From the NCBI GenBank assembly GCA_946535985.1, contig CAMNDY010000005.1, positions 4,533-68,532 of the forward strand: 64,000 nt of DNA. Reading direction: 5' to 3'. Origin of the DNA: an uncultured Treponema sp. GTDB lineage: Bacteria > Spirochaetota > Spirochaetia > Treponematales > Treponemataceae. Under the pieces are notes generated by a model that saw only the letters and a list, made by a program, of their open reading frames with translations, was not told the DNA's origin and ran no database searches. Made by a program: the position numbers and the translations under genes. This document shows, piece after piece, positions 1-9,732 of the stretch (its first letter is position 1; every line of letters starts with the position of its first letter).

Positions 1-1001
1 ACTTCTACGAGATTATAGATTTTATTTATGACACAATATTTTACAATCAGATCAAACTTGCTGGAAGGCATAAAGGCATAACCCGCACTTGCAAGAAAAT
101 GTTCATATTCATCAAGCGGAAGTTCCAGAGCCAGGCCCAGAGCCATTACAACATGCTTTTTTGGAACATAATCTTTATTACTGATAATCTTGGAGAAAAA
201 CTTTTTGTCTATGTAGGCCTTTTTATAAACCGTTGCATTTTCCAGCTTGCGGTCTGCAATATGCTGCTGTAATGTATTTTGAAAATTAAGAGGTTCCTTT
301 GCATCGCGGATAAAAGAATCAACATCAATTGGAGTGATGAGAGTTTCTTTTTGTTGAACAAGCATCTCGCGTGCTTCTAATATTTTAATTGAGGATGTTT
401 TTAATTCAAGAGGTTCTCCACAGACAAGAGTTCTATTCACCTCATAATTATCAAACTCATCCCCTTCGTAGTTCTCATCAAGAAAGTCCTGGATATCATC
501 AAAAAGCTTTTCAGAAATCATATAAGATTTTTGATCATAAACAACAAGCGTGATATCAATATCATTTTTAAATAAAAAGCTGCTGATTTCTTCGACCGCA
601 ATTTTAAGCCCAAGCTCCTTTGGAAAACCATAAAACCCTGTTGCCAGAAGAGGAATAGCAAGGCTTTTACACTTAAGCTTTCGGGCAAGTTCCAGCGAAG
701 AAGAATAACAGTTTCTAAGATTCTCCACTGTTTCATGTTTTTCAGAATTATAGCGGGTTCCAACTGTGTGAATAATATATTTGATTCCCTTCTCCCTTAA
801 CGCAAATGATTTTGTTGCAACCGAGTGACCCGGCTCAATCATTCCGATTTTTTGTCGTTCACGCAGCAGTTCTTCCCTACCCGCCGCATTGTATACAGCA
901 GTATCCGTTCCTCTTCCAACAGTCGGAAAAGGATTTGCCGTGTTTACAATAGCATCTGTGTGAACCTTCGTAATGTCATTTCGCTCGATTCTGAATGGCA
1001 T
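1..1001 (-). CDS. Macro domain protein with C-terminal XRE-like HTH region (3' end runs off the window; missing from the ORF track)
   Basis: Hand translation from ATG at 1001: MPFRIERNDITKVHTDAIVNTANPFPTVGRGTDTAVYNAAG...KYIIHTVG, matching macrodomain DIT/AIVNxAN/IIHTVG motifs. C-terminus reads ...VYKKAYIDKKFFSKIISNKDYVPKK...LALEL. Confidence 0.85.
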   Translation of the reverse strand, partial: MPFRIERNDITKVHTDAIVNTANPFPTVGRGTDTAVYNAAGREELLRERQKIGMIEPGHSVATKSFALREKGIKYIIHTVGTRYNSEKHETVENLRNCYSSSLELARKLKCKSLAIPLLATGFYGFPKELGLKIAVEEISSFLFKNDIDITLVVYDQKSYMISEKLFDDIQDFLDENYEGDEFDNYEVNRTLVCGEPLELKTSSIKILEAREMLVQQKETLITPIDVDSFIRDAKEPLNFQNTLQQHIADRKLENATVYKKAYIDKKFFSKIISNKDYVPKKHVVMALGLALELPLDEYEHFLASAGYAFMPSSKFDLIVKYCVINKIYNLVE

Positions 1002-1032
1002 AATTATATTATAACAAAAATTTGATTCTTTT

Positions 1033-1554
1033 TTATACCCAGCTTACAAGCTCACTTTCCGGGCGACTCTTTTCGTGGGCTGGAGCAGGAGCGGAGTCTT
1101 CTGCAGGGTAGCCCATAACTAAAAGCGCTGTTGATTCAAGGTTCTCAGGCAAAGCAAACTTCTCTTTCAAAACTTCAGGGCGATAGTGCATCACCCAGCA
1201 GGAGCCTATACCCAAGTTTGCGGCTTCTAACATCATATGAGTTGTAACAATACTTGCATCAATGTCGCCGCTGAGCTTTCCGTCGTAAGGACGTTTCCAG
1301 CATTCATCTTTATTGTAACTGATAATAAAAACAAGAGGCGCATCAAAATGGCAGCGCGTACATTCCTTTATTCTGGAAAGCCCTTCCTGGCTTTCAACAA
1401 CAATAATCCTCTGCGGCTGATTATTACAACCCGTCGGCGCAATCATGCCTGCTTCAAGAATTTTTTCAATAATATCTTTTGGCACCTTCTTGTCCATAAA
1501 TTTCCTGACTGAATATCGAGCTTTTGCAAGATCCATAAAATCTGTGTATGCCAT
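1033..1554 (-). CDS. Nitroreductase family protein
   Basis: RYSVRKF, APTGCNNQP, LEAANLGIGSCWV and MGYP motifs; GGAGG RBS. Confidence 0.92.
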   Translation of the reverse strand: MAYTDFMDLAKARYSVRKFMDKKVPKDIIEKILEAGMIAPTGCNNQPQRIIVVESQEGLSRIKECTRCHFDAPLVFIISYNKDECWKRPYDGKLSGDIDASIVTTHMMLEAANLGIGSCWVMHYRPEVLKEKFALPENLESTALLVMGYPAEDSAPAPAHEKSRPESELVSWV

Positions 1555-1621
1555 AATGCCTCCTGGGATTTATAGTACTACAGAAAGGGGAAATTAGATA
1601 GGGAGGAAATCTTATTAATAA

Positions 1622-1804
1622 TGTATTTCTGATCCTATAACAACTTTTGAAACAAATCAGCTTGGGCAGGCAGCAGCTTGGATCATGTCTTTTGGTGGCG
1701 GCGCCAGGGCACTTAATCCTCCGGAACTTATTGAAGACATAAAGCGTTCAGCAAAGGCAATTCTTGCGGGGTGTAAAGATTCTGGAAAAAAATATTATTT
1801 ATAG
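1622..1804 (+). pseudogene. C-terminal (WCX) remnant of a WYL-domain regulator
   Basis: Startless frame ...TFETNQLGQAAAWIMSFGGGARALNPPELIEDIKRSAKAIL, resembling the WILSFG...PPELRE end of WYL proteins. Confidence 0.6.
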
Positions 1805-1834
1805 AAGAAGTCTTCATGGTACAAATTTACTGTT

Positions 1835-2938
1835 TCATTCACTCAAATCCAAATCCGGCGTAATCTGCAGAGTGTAATCCGGGAAGGCAGTCTGAACTTC
1901 TTTGCAGAGGATTTGTAAGGCTTCGGCAGGTTTTATATCAAAGCTCAAAACTACATCAAAGCGGAGGATTTTTGTTTTGAGTTCAAGATAAAAACCGTGA
2001 AGCTGCAGGGCCCAGTCATGAGAAAGAACAATTTTCTGTACTTCATTCCTGATTCGGGCGGCTTCGTCATCTTGTGTATTAAAGGAATAAACGCCTACAC
2101 CGGTTAGGACAATTCCAGTTTCTTTATAAACCTTTGCTTCGAGTTTTCGGGTAAGAGCGTCTACCTCTTCTACTGTCATTGTGTCAGGAAGCTCTATGTG
2201 AACAGAAGCATAATTTTTGTTGGGGCCGTAATTGTTGATGATTAAATCATAAGCGCCGCGGACTTCTGTTTCTTCGGCTATAAGCTTTTTAATCTGACGG
2301 CTCAAATCAGCATCGGTGCGTTTGCCGATTATGTCATCCAGAGTTTCACACAACATTTCAATTCCAGATTTAATGATAAAACCAGAAATGACAATACCAA
2401 CATAAGCTTCGAGCGAAAGCCCAAAAACCAAAAATACAATTGCCGAAAGTAAAACCGAAGCAGACAAAACTGCATCAAAAAGCGCATCAACTCCAGAAGC
2501 CGTAAGGGCGCCAGACTCTACTTTTTTACCGGTGCGTTTTACATAAAGTCCAAGAAGGATTTTTGCAACAATTGCCACACTCATTATCACAAGCGAAAGA
2601 ACAGAATAATCAGCAGTTTGCGGATGAATTACTTTTTTTATAGACTCAACAAGCGAAGTCAAACCGGCATACAAAACAATTGCCGCAACAATCATGGAGC
2701 TTAAATATTCAATGCGGCCATAACCCAAAGGATGTTTTTTATTAGGAGACTTCCCCGCAAGCTTAGCCCCGATTATAGTAACAACCGACGACAGCGCATC
2801 CGAAAGATTGTTTACCGCATCAAGCGTAATTGCAATTGAATGAGAAACAAGTCCCACAAAAGCCTTAAAGCCAGACAAAAAAATATTTACGATAATTCCA
2901 ACAACACTTGTTCTGACAATGATTTTTTCTCTGTTCAT
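1835..2938 (-). CDS. Cation diffusion facilitator (FieF-like) transporter
   Basis: DAVNNLSD and HPLGYGRIEY motifs, several TM segments, C-terminal ZT-dimer-like region. Confidence 0.92.
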   Translation of the reverse strand: MNREKIIVRTSVVGIIVNIFLSGFKAFVGLVSHSIAITLDAVNNLSDALSSVVTIIGAKLAGKSPNKKHPLGYGRIEYLSSMIVAAIVLYAGLTSLVESIKKVIHPQTADYSVLSLVIMSVAIVAKILLGLYVKRTGKKVESGALTASGVDALFDAVLSASVLLSAIVFLVFGLSLEAYVGIVISGFIIKSGIEMLCETLDDIIGKRTDADLSRQIKKLIAEETEVRGAYDLIINNYGPNKNYASVHIELPDTMTVEEVDALTRKLEAKVYKETGIVLTGVGVYSFNTQDDEAARIRNEVQKIVLSHDWALQLHGFYLELKTKILRFDVVLSFDIKPAEALQILCKEVQTAFPDYTLQITPDLDLSE

Positions 2939-3127
2939 ATTTACTATTATATATGGAAATCAAGAATTTTCATATTCATGGTTTCGTTAAAAATTCATAG
3001 AAAAATGGAGCTCCAAAACCCTCAACTACTTAGAAGGAAAAAAGCTCCTGCTAAAACTCCTTCAAGCCTGCTGCAATAAGGCAAACTAGGCTTGCTGTCT
3101 ATATTTTAGTTTCATTTTTTTATGGAC

Positions 3128-3289
3128 TTACTCTTTTGGTTTTTTAACTTTTCGCTTTCTTGTATAGCTGCATCTAAAGTTACTGCATTTTGAAACAACA
3201 TAAGTTATTTCACCATCAACGCTTTTGTAATAGCGCAAAGGATAAGTACATTCCGGACAAGGTCTGTACTCAAACCTGATTCCCTTCAT
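3128..3289 (-). CDS. Small C4 zinc-ribbon protein, 53 aa (not in the ORF track)
   Basis: GGAGG RBS, then MKGIRFEYRPCPECTYPLRYYKSVDGEITYVVSKCSNFRCSYTRKRKVKKPKE. Confidence 0.65.
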   Translation of the reverse strand: MKGIRFEYRPCPECTYPLRYYKSVDGEITYVVSKCSNFRCSYTRKRKVKKPKE

Positions 3290-3541
3290 TGACAACCTCC
3301 TGATGTGTGTCTATAAATGGATAATCAAAAGATATAAATAATTACCTTCCCTTAATTTTCAAAAAACTATAATCACAAAAAAATTTTTAAAATATTTTTC
3401 TCATATATATATATATACGTGGAATTTTTAAAAAGTTCAAAAATTCAGGGAAAAAAGTGAAAATTTGTTTAAAAAAAAGAGATACCTTATTTAATCCCCC
3501 TGTTTTTGATATAATGGAACCACTTTAGGAGAATCCATTGT

Positions 3542-4855
3542 ATGTCTAATTCTGTTGCAAAAAATGATGAACTAATAAGAGATGAGTTCAGTTCATTCTT
3601 GAACGATACAGCTAATGAAGTTTTTGAAGAGCAGGAAAAAAAGAATCATAAGGAAAAAGAGACCCTAAGAAAATATTATGTCTATGCCCTTTGTGAAATA
3701 GATGAAAACAATAAAAGGCTTATACCTTTTTATATTGGCAAAGGTACTGGCGACCGAGTCTGGAATCATGCAGACGAAACAGCAGATGAAATCAAAGATA
3801 TTGAAGAAGAAGCAAAGAAATATGGTTATAGCGATGAATATAAGCAAGATCTTTTGAACACAGTTTCAGAGAAACATAAAAAAATTACAGAATTAGGAAA
3901 AGATAAAATTTCATACATCATAATCAAATCTGGTCTGACAGAATATGAATCTTTTATGTGTGAGTCTGCATTAATAAATCTACTTACCTTAAAACAAAAT
4001 GATTTGAGTTATTCTGGTAACGACCTGACCAATAAAGTAAACGGACATTCAAACTATTTTGAAAAAGCCGCAGGAATAAATACCTGTGCATTATCTGTAA
4101 ATGACTATTTTGAAAGATATTGCAAAAAACCAATTATTGTAAATGAAATGACAGAAGAACAAAGAAGAGTTTTTGCTAATAAGAAAATCCGTTTGCAGAA
4201 TATTAATATGACTTATGTGGAGTGTACAAATCTTAAGGTATTCCCAACTCCTGAGGAACAGAAAGAAGCTATTCAGAAAGCAGTTTGTGGTTTCTGGCAA
4301 CCGTCTAATATGGACAGAATGGATTATGTCTTTGCAATGTATCAGGGTAGAATAAAAGGTGTATATAAAGTCATAAAAGAAAAATATGCAACAAGTTTTC
4401 ATAAAATCCTTGAAATAGCCAGAGAAGATTATCCACGTTTTGATCAGCTGGAAACTAGAAGAAGAGATTATGAAATTGCTTCAAAAATTATCGAAGAATT
4501 AAAACTTGATATTAATCATCCGTATTTTGGGTTAGACCAGGAACATATTTACGAAAAATTGTCTGAACAAACAAAAACTTATCTTAAAACCGTACATTAT
4601 AGCGGAGGAAAAATTGCGTTTGAGCCTCCAAAAAAAGACGAAGATGAAATTGAACATTACAATAACCTTCTAAAGAATTGGTCAAAAAGACAATATTTTG
4701 TTTTTAAAGAAATCACTGATGAAGACATTAAAAATGGCATACCAGATTTTAATCAATTCTTAAACTGTTCCATCAAGGAAAGACGAAAACTGGGAGAAGC
4801 TCCTGTTAATATCTTCTCTGGATTGCAAGGGAACTGTATTTATTTACCGAAATAA
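3542..4855 (+). CDS. LEM-3-like GIY-YIG nuclease domain protein
   Basis: YYVYAL...PFYIGKGTGDRV..H, ESALIN and LTNKVNGH motifs. Confidence 0.75.
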   Translation: MSNSVAKNDELIRDEFSSFLNDTANEVFEEQEKKNHKEKETLRKYYVYALCEIDENNKRLIPFYIGKGTGDRVWNHADETADEIKDIEEEAKKYGYSDEYKQDLLNTVSEKHKKITELGKDKISYIIIKSGLTEYESFMCESALINLLTLKQNDLSYSGNDLTNKVNGHSNYFEKAAGINTCALSVNDYFERYCKKPIIVNEMTEEQRRVFANKKIRLQNINMTYVECTNLKVFPTPEEQKEAIQKAVCGFWQPSNMDRMDYVFAMYQGRIKGVYKVIKEKYATSFHKILEIAREDYPRFDQLETRRRDYEIASKIIEELKLDINHPYFGLDQEHIYEKLSEQTKTYLKTVHYSGGKIAFEPPKKDEDEIEHYNNLLKNWSKRQYFVFKEITDEDIKNGIPDFNQFLNCSIKERRKLGEAPVNIFSGLQGNCIYLPK

Positions 4856-4881
4856 CAAGTTAGGAATTGTAATAATTCTAT

Positions 4882-5229
4882 CTACTCCACAACCTCTTTA
4901 ATCTTAACTCCAATTTTCTCGTTGAGAAGGCAGAGTTCACCATAGGCAATGATTTTGTTGTCTTTTATGATTTTGACGGGATCGTTCCACCATTCTGTGA
5001 ATTGAAGGATGGAGCCTTCGCCATAGTCTTCGTCGGGAGCGGTGGTGCAGCTGCCAAAAATTACTCTGGTGTTGTAGAAGGTTTCTTCTTCGGGAGTTTC
5101 GACTATTTTGGTAAAACGGACACCAAGATTGTCATCAATTACAACTGTTTCGCCAAAGGCAATGTGGGGACCATTTTTGTAAATTTTTACATACGCTCCC
5201 GCTTCCTGATTTTGTTTTTTTCGATCCAA
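4882..5229 (-). CDS. FliM/FliN (SpoA)-like protein with tandem degenerate SpoA repeats; start uncertain, possibly truncated
   Basis: IAFGETVVIDDNLGVRFTKI and IAYGELCLLNEKIGVKIKEV resemble FliN IAxGEVVVVxxxFGVRITEI. Confidence 0.65.
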   Translation of the reverse strand: MDRKKQNQEAGAYVKIYKNGPHIAFGETVVIDDNLGVRFTKIVETPEEETFYNTRVIFGSCTTAPDEDYGEGSILQFTEWWNDPVKIIKDNKIIAYGELCLLNEKIGVKIKEVVE

Positions 5230-5551
5230 CTTTCCAATGATATCCCATTCGTCTTAATCCACGATATATGTTAACTACAAATTCATAATATTTTCTTTCG
5301 ATCTCTTGATTCCTGCAGATATTCATATAAAGACTTTTCGCCAGAATTTTGTTCTCAATAACTGGAATTCTTAAAATGCCTGCGATTTTTCTAAACCAAC
5401 GTGTCATGCATCCACGATATTTAAACCATACCTTTGGAGCTTCCATCTCATTTTCAATATAAGAAAGAGCAACAAGACAATCATTCCCACAGGCAATTAT
5501 TACATCACAGGCTAAAAGCGGTTTTCTTTTATCTGTAATATTTTCTGTCAT
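5135..5551 (-). CDS. FlhB/EscU C-terminal-domain-like protein
   Basis: VALSY...APKV...RKIA...IPVIENKILAKSLY...EI...YEFV matches the FlhB-C pattern; no NPTH motif. Confidence 0.7.
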   Translation of the reverse strand: MTENITDKRKPLLACDVIIACGNDCLVALSYIENEMEAPKVWFKYRGCMTRWFRKIAGILRIPVIENKILAKSLYMNICRNQEIERKYYEFVVNIYRGLRRMGYHWKVGSKKTKSGSGSVCKNLQKWSPHCLWRNSCN

Positions 5552-6644
5552 AAGGAATAACCTCTTCTACTGTAACAGAAAAGTCTTCACCAGCTTCCCT
5601 TAATTCTTCTTTTGATATACAAACACTATGAAGATTCTTAAAATGATACGCAAAAGCAAACCTAATATCTTCGGAACAAAGAATAACAGGCTGATATCCT
5701 TTTGAAGATATTTCTTGAATAGAATCATAGATTTTATTTCTCAATTTTTTATCCATCTGAGGATCCAGATTAAAGAAGGGTAATTCTACCCTTGGTTTTG
5801 GGATTTCCATATTATTCAACAAATAATCATCCATCTCATCTGAAAGTCTGATTACATGGAGTTGTTTACCTGTTCGTTGTAACAATATCTGTCGTGCAAG
5901 GCGCCTCCTGCATTTTTGAGCAAAGAATTCAAGTCTTTTTTCATATCCATAATAATCTGCCAGCGTCTCAAAAATAGTATTCATATCGCAAATAGGAACT
6001 CTTTCGCTAATAAGGAAAATAAGAATAGTTTTCAATTCCGTAATAGAAAAATATTTATTAATAAGGACATCCTCAACAACATCAGGATTATCTTTTCTAA
6101 CCTTTTCAATTACCATATTAACAATATGTTGATTAATAATTTTATCTGCATTAGTCAAAATTAACTCAGTAAGATGAGTACAAATAACAGTTGAAAAATC
6201 AACAACATGATAAGCTAGATTTTCAGCTTTTTTACTCTCGTCTTTATTTACAATGACCGCATCCATTCCAAAGGCGGGATCCTTTGTATGTTCACCAATA
6301 ATTTTTTCTTTATCAACATTTTCAGTGTCCATAACTAAAACTTTATCAGGAGCTGCCCCTTTAAAACGATCTATTTCTACTCCATTAATTACAATTGCAT
6401 ATTCATTATGGTCAAGAAACATATTGTCAGTAATATGTATTTTTGGACATGGAATTCCATATTCGGCATCAATCCGATTTCGCATGGTTTCTAATTTTTT
6501 TAAGAGTGGCGCACCAGTTTTACTTTTATCCACAAGTGGAATTAACTCATATCCCAATTGAATTTCTATTGGATCAGGTTGCCTGTTAAATTTCCAATAA
6601 TTCTCAGGTTCATACTTAGTCCATCGTGTAATTTTCTTCCTCAT
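5529..6644 (-). CDS. FlhA cytoplasmic (FHIPEP C-terminal) domain-only protein
   Basis: DPIEIQLGYELIPLVD, TKDPAFG, VICTHLTE and ERVPICDMNTIFETLAD motifs; no TM domain. Confidence 0.85.
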   Translation of the reverse strand: MRKKITRWTKYEPENYWKFNRQPDPIEIQLGYELIPLVDKSKTGAPLLKKLETMRNRIDAEYGIPCPKIHITDNMFLDHNEYAIVINGVEIDRFKGAAPDKVLVMDTENVDKEKIIGEHTKDPAFGMDAVIVNKDESKKAENLAYHVVDFSTVICTHLTELILTNADKIINQHIVNMVIEKVRKDNPDVVEDVLINKYFSITELKTILIFLISERVPICDMNTIFETLADYYGYEKRLEFFAQKCRRRLARQILLQRTGKQLHVIRLSDEMDDYLLNNMEIPKPRVELPFFNLDPQMDKKLRNKIYDSIQEISSKGYQPVILCSEDIRFAFAYHFKNLHSVCISKEELREAGEDFSVTVEEVIPYDRKYYR

Positions 6645-6687
6645 ACACTGTCCTCCTATATTTTTTTATTAGTGTACAAAAAGGTTG

Positions 6688-6702
6688 TATCATTTAATGA
6701 GA
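6688..6702 (-). promoter_or_regulatory. Palindromic regulon site (TCTCA-N5-TGATAC-N10-TACACT) upstream of the flhA-C operon
   Basis: Matches the 13-copy motif and its spacing. Confidence 0.7.
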
Positions 6703-6726
6703 GGAAATACAGTTTTCTTTAGAATT

Positions 6727-7083
6727 TTAATTACCCTTCTTCCACATTTCGTAATACTGATTTCGCAGCCCGTTTTCCAGTTCCCAGCTCTGTGGTTTGT
6801 GATACATGCGGCAACGGTAGCGCATTCGGGCAGAGCCACTGTATTTATGGGCATTTTCTAAATACACGTAGGCTTCTTCGTTTAAGCGGGAAGGAGTTTT
6901 CCATGAATGATTTTGAAAAAAACGCATGGAAATATCTTCGAAAGCAAGTCCGCCTCTTCTACAATCCATTTCAAAATTTGATTTGAATTCTTCAGAAGGA
7001 TTATTCAGAATTCCAATTGCACATGTAAGCCACATATTGTCGGAATCTGAGCCAATGAGAATTTCTCTTGGCGTCTTTGTCAT
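6727..7083 (-). CDS. Hypothetical protein
   Basis: ORF; start moved to MTKTPRE after a GAGGGG RBS. Confidence 0.6.
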   Translation of the reverse strand: MTKTPREILIGSDSDNMWLTCAIGILNNPSEEFKSNFEMDCRRGGLAFEDISMRFFQNHSWKTPSRLNEEAYVYLENAHKYSGSARMRYRCRMYHKPQSWELENGLRNQYYEMWKKGN

Positions 7084-7142
7084 AGTTTTAAATGCCCCTC
7101 GCATTGCCTGATTATTCATAATTTTATAATAGCAAAGGACTC

Positions 7143-7157
7143 TATCATCATATGATA
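7143..7157. promoter_or_regulatory. Palindromic regulon site, probably bidirectional
   Basis: TATCA-TCATA-TGATA. Minus strand gives TGATAG-N10-TATTAT; plus strand gives TGATAT-N10-AATAAT. Confidence 0.7.
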
Positions 7158-7197
7158 TTTTCGTATGCAATAATCAAAATACACAAGGAGACAGCTC

Positions 7198-7560
7198 ATG
7201 AAAAAAATAATGATATGCGGTTCACGCTCAATTAATGATGAAAACTTGATCTTTGAAAAATTAAATGCTGTGTTGGTAAACAATCCCGATATGATTTTAG
7301 TTTCAGGTGGTGCAAAAGGAGTAGATTCTATTGGTGAAGCCTGGGCAAAATCACATAATATACAGATTCAGCAATATAAACCCGACTGGAAAAGGTATGG
7401 TCGTGGAGCGGGTATTGTTCGCAATAAAATCATGGTTGAAGCATCTGATTATGTATTTATTTTTTGGGATGGAAGCTCCAAAGGCACAAAATCTGTTATC
7501 GATTTTTGTATAAAATTGAACAAACCATACTTATTGATGGAAATCAAGAATGAGAAGTAA
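7198..7560 (+). CDS. SLOG superfamily protein (YspA-related/DUF2493)
   Basis: ICGSR, VSGGAKGVD, AGIVRNKIM and FWDGSSKGT motifs. Confidence 0.85.
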   Translation: MKKIMICGSRSINDENLIFEKLNAVLVNNPDMILVSGGAKGVDSIGEAWAKSHNIQIQQYKPDWKRYGRGAGIVRNKIMVEASDYVFIFWDGSSKGTKSVIDFCIKLNKPYLLMEIKNEK

Positions 7561-8110
7561 CTGTTTTTTCCAGGCTCTTAAAGCCAAAATAAAGAATCCT
7601 CAGGTACGTTTTTTCAAATTGCCAGAATGCCTTAATGATGCTGTACATTTTATGTGGTGTGATGAGAAGTTTTATTATCATGCATATAACATAAAACACA
7701 ATAATAACTTTTTATTGTATGATTTTAAAATTAAAAAAGTCCCAAGGCATGTATTTGAATCGTTTGTGTTGTCATACCTTGAATGGCATGATGTAAATTT
7801 CAAAATCAAAATTGCCAGAAACTGTTTTATGAAAATTGCTGATTATAAATCTGAATGGGACTGGTCCTTATACAAATACAATCACGACGAGCTTCCTTCA
7901 CAGGAATATTTGGATTTCTTTGAAAAGGTTTTAAAAACCAGTGCTAAGTTCAAATTATGTATTAACGGCCAGATGAAAACAGCAACACTTAAAGAACTCA
8001 AATCTCAAAAATGCAATTTTGAATGGAAAATGATAGACCTCTACGACCCCGATTTTGACAGGGTGTATAGAGGTCATATAAAAAGCGATTACACAGAACT
8101 GGAAGATTAA
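7550..8110 (+). CDS. Hypothetical protein
   Basis: 186-aa ORF overlapping the SLOG gene stop; no family recognised. Confidence 0.65.
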   Translation: MRSNCFFQALKAKIKNPQVRFFKLPECLNDAVHFMWCDEKFYYHAYNIKHNNNFLLYDFKIKKVPRHVFESFVLSYLEWHDVNFKIKIARNCFMKIADYKSEWDWSLYKYNHDELPSQEYLDFFEKVLKTSAKFKLCINGQMKTATLKELKSQKCNFEWKMIDLYDPDFDRVYRGHIKSDYTELED

Positions 8111-8139
8111 ATATAAAAAACCGGATACGTCCGCTTGCA

Positions 8140-9717
8140 TTAAACGTTCGAAAACAACTCCTCCATCCCACACTTAAGCCCCACCTTAGAATACTTTTCC
8201 AGCTTAGCCAGATACTGCTTACGAGTAATATCCCGCGCTCCGTAGCGTTTCATGTTTTCTGTATAGGACTGGCAGTCTATGAGTTTGCCGCCGGCTTTTT
8301 GGAAGGCTCTGGCAAAAAGGACAAAGGCACTTTTGGAACTGTTTGGTTCAATTGTGAACATGGACTCGCCGCAAAAGACGCTGCCAAGTAGGATTCCGTA
8401 AAAACCACCGGCAAGTTTTCCGTCTTTCCAGGCTTCTATGCTGTGGGCGTATCCTGCCTTGTGAAACTTTATGTAGGCGTCAATCATCTTTGGACCAATC
8501 CAAGTTCCGTCCTGATCGGGGCGGTCTTGGGCTGCGCAGTTCTTTATGACATCAGCAAAAGCCTTATCGATTGTGTAAGTGTAGGGATTATGCTTCAAAA
8601 ACTTTTCGATGGATTTTGAAACATGCAGCTGCCTGATTGGAATTACAAAACGCTTCTTTGGAGACTGCCATAAAACAGGTTCGCCCTGGTCTTCATTAAA
8701 CCAGGGGAAAACTCCCTGACTGTAGGCAGAATAAAGCATGCGCAAAGGAATATCTTCTGTGACCAGAGAAATATCGGGAATGCCATAAAGAAGGCCAGGC
8801 TCGGGGAAAGTGAAAATATCAGTCGTGTCAATTTTGGGAGCGGCCTCCTGATCTCCGTTCTCGTTTTCATTCTCATCAACCCTAAGATAATTTTCCAAAA
8901 CCTGTGGACACTGTTCGAGAGCGGGGCTGTCGGTCCATACGTTGTTGAGCAGAAGCTGATATGGCTTGTAATTTGCCTTGTAATTCATTTTGCGGCAGTG
9001 AGGCAGATAAAGGCCAAGGTAATAATAGGGAATCTCATTTTGCAGGCAAAACAAAATTTCATACAGAACGCTAAAAACTCCAATGCTTCGTTTGAGCACA
9101 TCCTCGCTTGTATCATAATAAAAATAATTGGAAGAAATACCTGTGAGTCTGCCCTTTGCATCAATCACATAATCAATAATGCTTACCCCAAGCAGGCGGC
9201 CATCAACCTTATAATCAAGATTAATAATTCCGCTGTAGCCGCTGTTCATGTTCTGCAAATCTTCCTTTGCTTCCTGCAGAGTCAGGGGAGTAAAGTCAGC
9301 TTTTTCTTTATTGTGATAAGCGTTGTAAGTGCGGTACATAAGGGCTTTTTCATCTGTACTGAATTCCTTTGGATCGGTCACAACAGTAACTTCTACATCC
9401 TGATTTTTATTAAGCACCCGCCGCTGACTTTTAGAAGGAACAAAATCTTTTGCGCAAATCCTAATTGGAATACATTCTTTACAGTCCTTACACTGAGTAT
9501 GATAAAGAAGCGAATAATAACGACGAAAGCCCTGGCGCAGGAGCCGGTCATAAAAAATGCAATCCAGCTTTTCAACAGGAAGATTTGAGTCCAGCCAGCT
9601 CATATTTGTAAGAAGATTGTTTGCCTCCCGGTCCTCAAAGTAACCGCATGGGCTTTTATCTTCTCCAAAGGGCATCTCGTTAAAAATTTTTGCAAGGTTG
9701 ATTTGGGCTTGAGGCAT
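8140..9717 (-). CDS. aat: Fusion of an ATE1-like (Bpt) aminoacyl transferase and leucyl/phenylalanyl-tRNA--protein transferase
   Basis: N-half: PCGY, GFRR, CKDCKECIPIR, SIGVFSVL, YYYLG, MNYKANYKP (ATE). C-half: AYSQGVFPWF, GTWI, AHSIEAW, FCGESMF, LIDCQ (Aat). Confidence 0.9.
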   Translation of the reverse strand: MPQAQINLAKIFNEMPFGEDKSPCGYFEDREANNLLTNMSWLDSNLPVEKLDCIFYDRLLRQGFRRYYSLLYHTQCKDCKECIPIRICAKDFVPSKSQRRVLNKNQDVEVTVVTDPKEFSTDEKALMYRTYNAYHNKEKADFTPLTLQEAKEDLQNMNSGYSGIINLDYKVDGRLLGVSIIDYVIDAKGRLTGISSNYFYYDTSEDVLKRSIGVFSVLYEILFCLQNEIPYYYLGLYLPHCRKMNYKANYKPYQLLLNNVWTDSPALEQCPQVLENYLRVDENENENGDQEAAPKIDTTDIFTFPEPGLLYGIPDISLVTEDIPLRMLYSAYSQGVFPWFNEDQGEPVLWQSPKKRFVIPIRQLHVSKSIEKFLKHNPYTYTIDKAFADVIKNCAAQDRPDQDGTWIGPKMIDAYIKFHKAGYAHSIEAWKDGKLAGGFYGILLGSVFCGESMFTIEPNSSKSAFVLFARAFQKAGGKLIDCQSYTENMKRYGARDITRKQYLAKLEKYSKVGLKCGMEELFSNV

Positions 9718-9732
9718 AGGAATTATTATTGA

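Noticed and set aside
3403-3418. (TA)n microsatellite as a phase-variation switch
   Set aside because: Short, in an AT-rich intergenic region, with no evident position in a promoter spacer.
4882-6644. Functional flagellar or type III secretion gene cluster
   Set aside because: Only soluble fragments are present; no fliPQR, fliF or ATPase.
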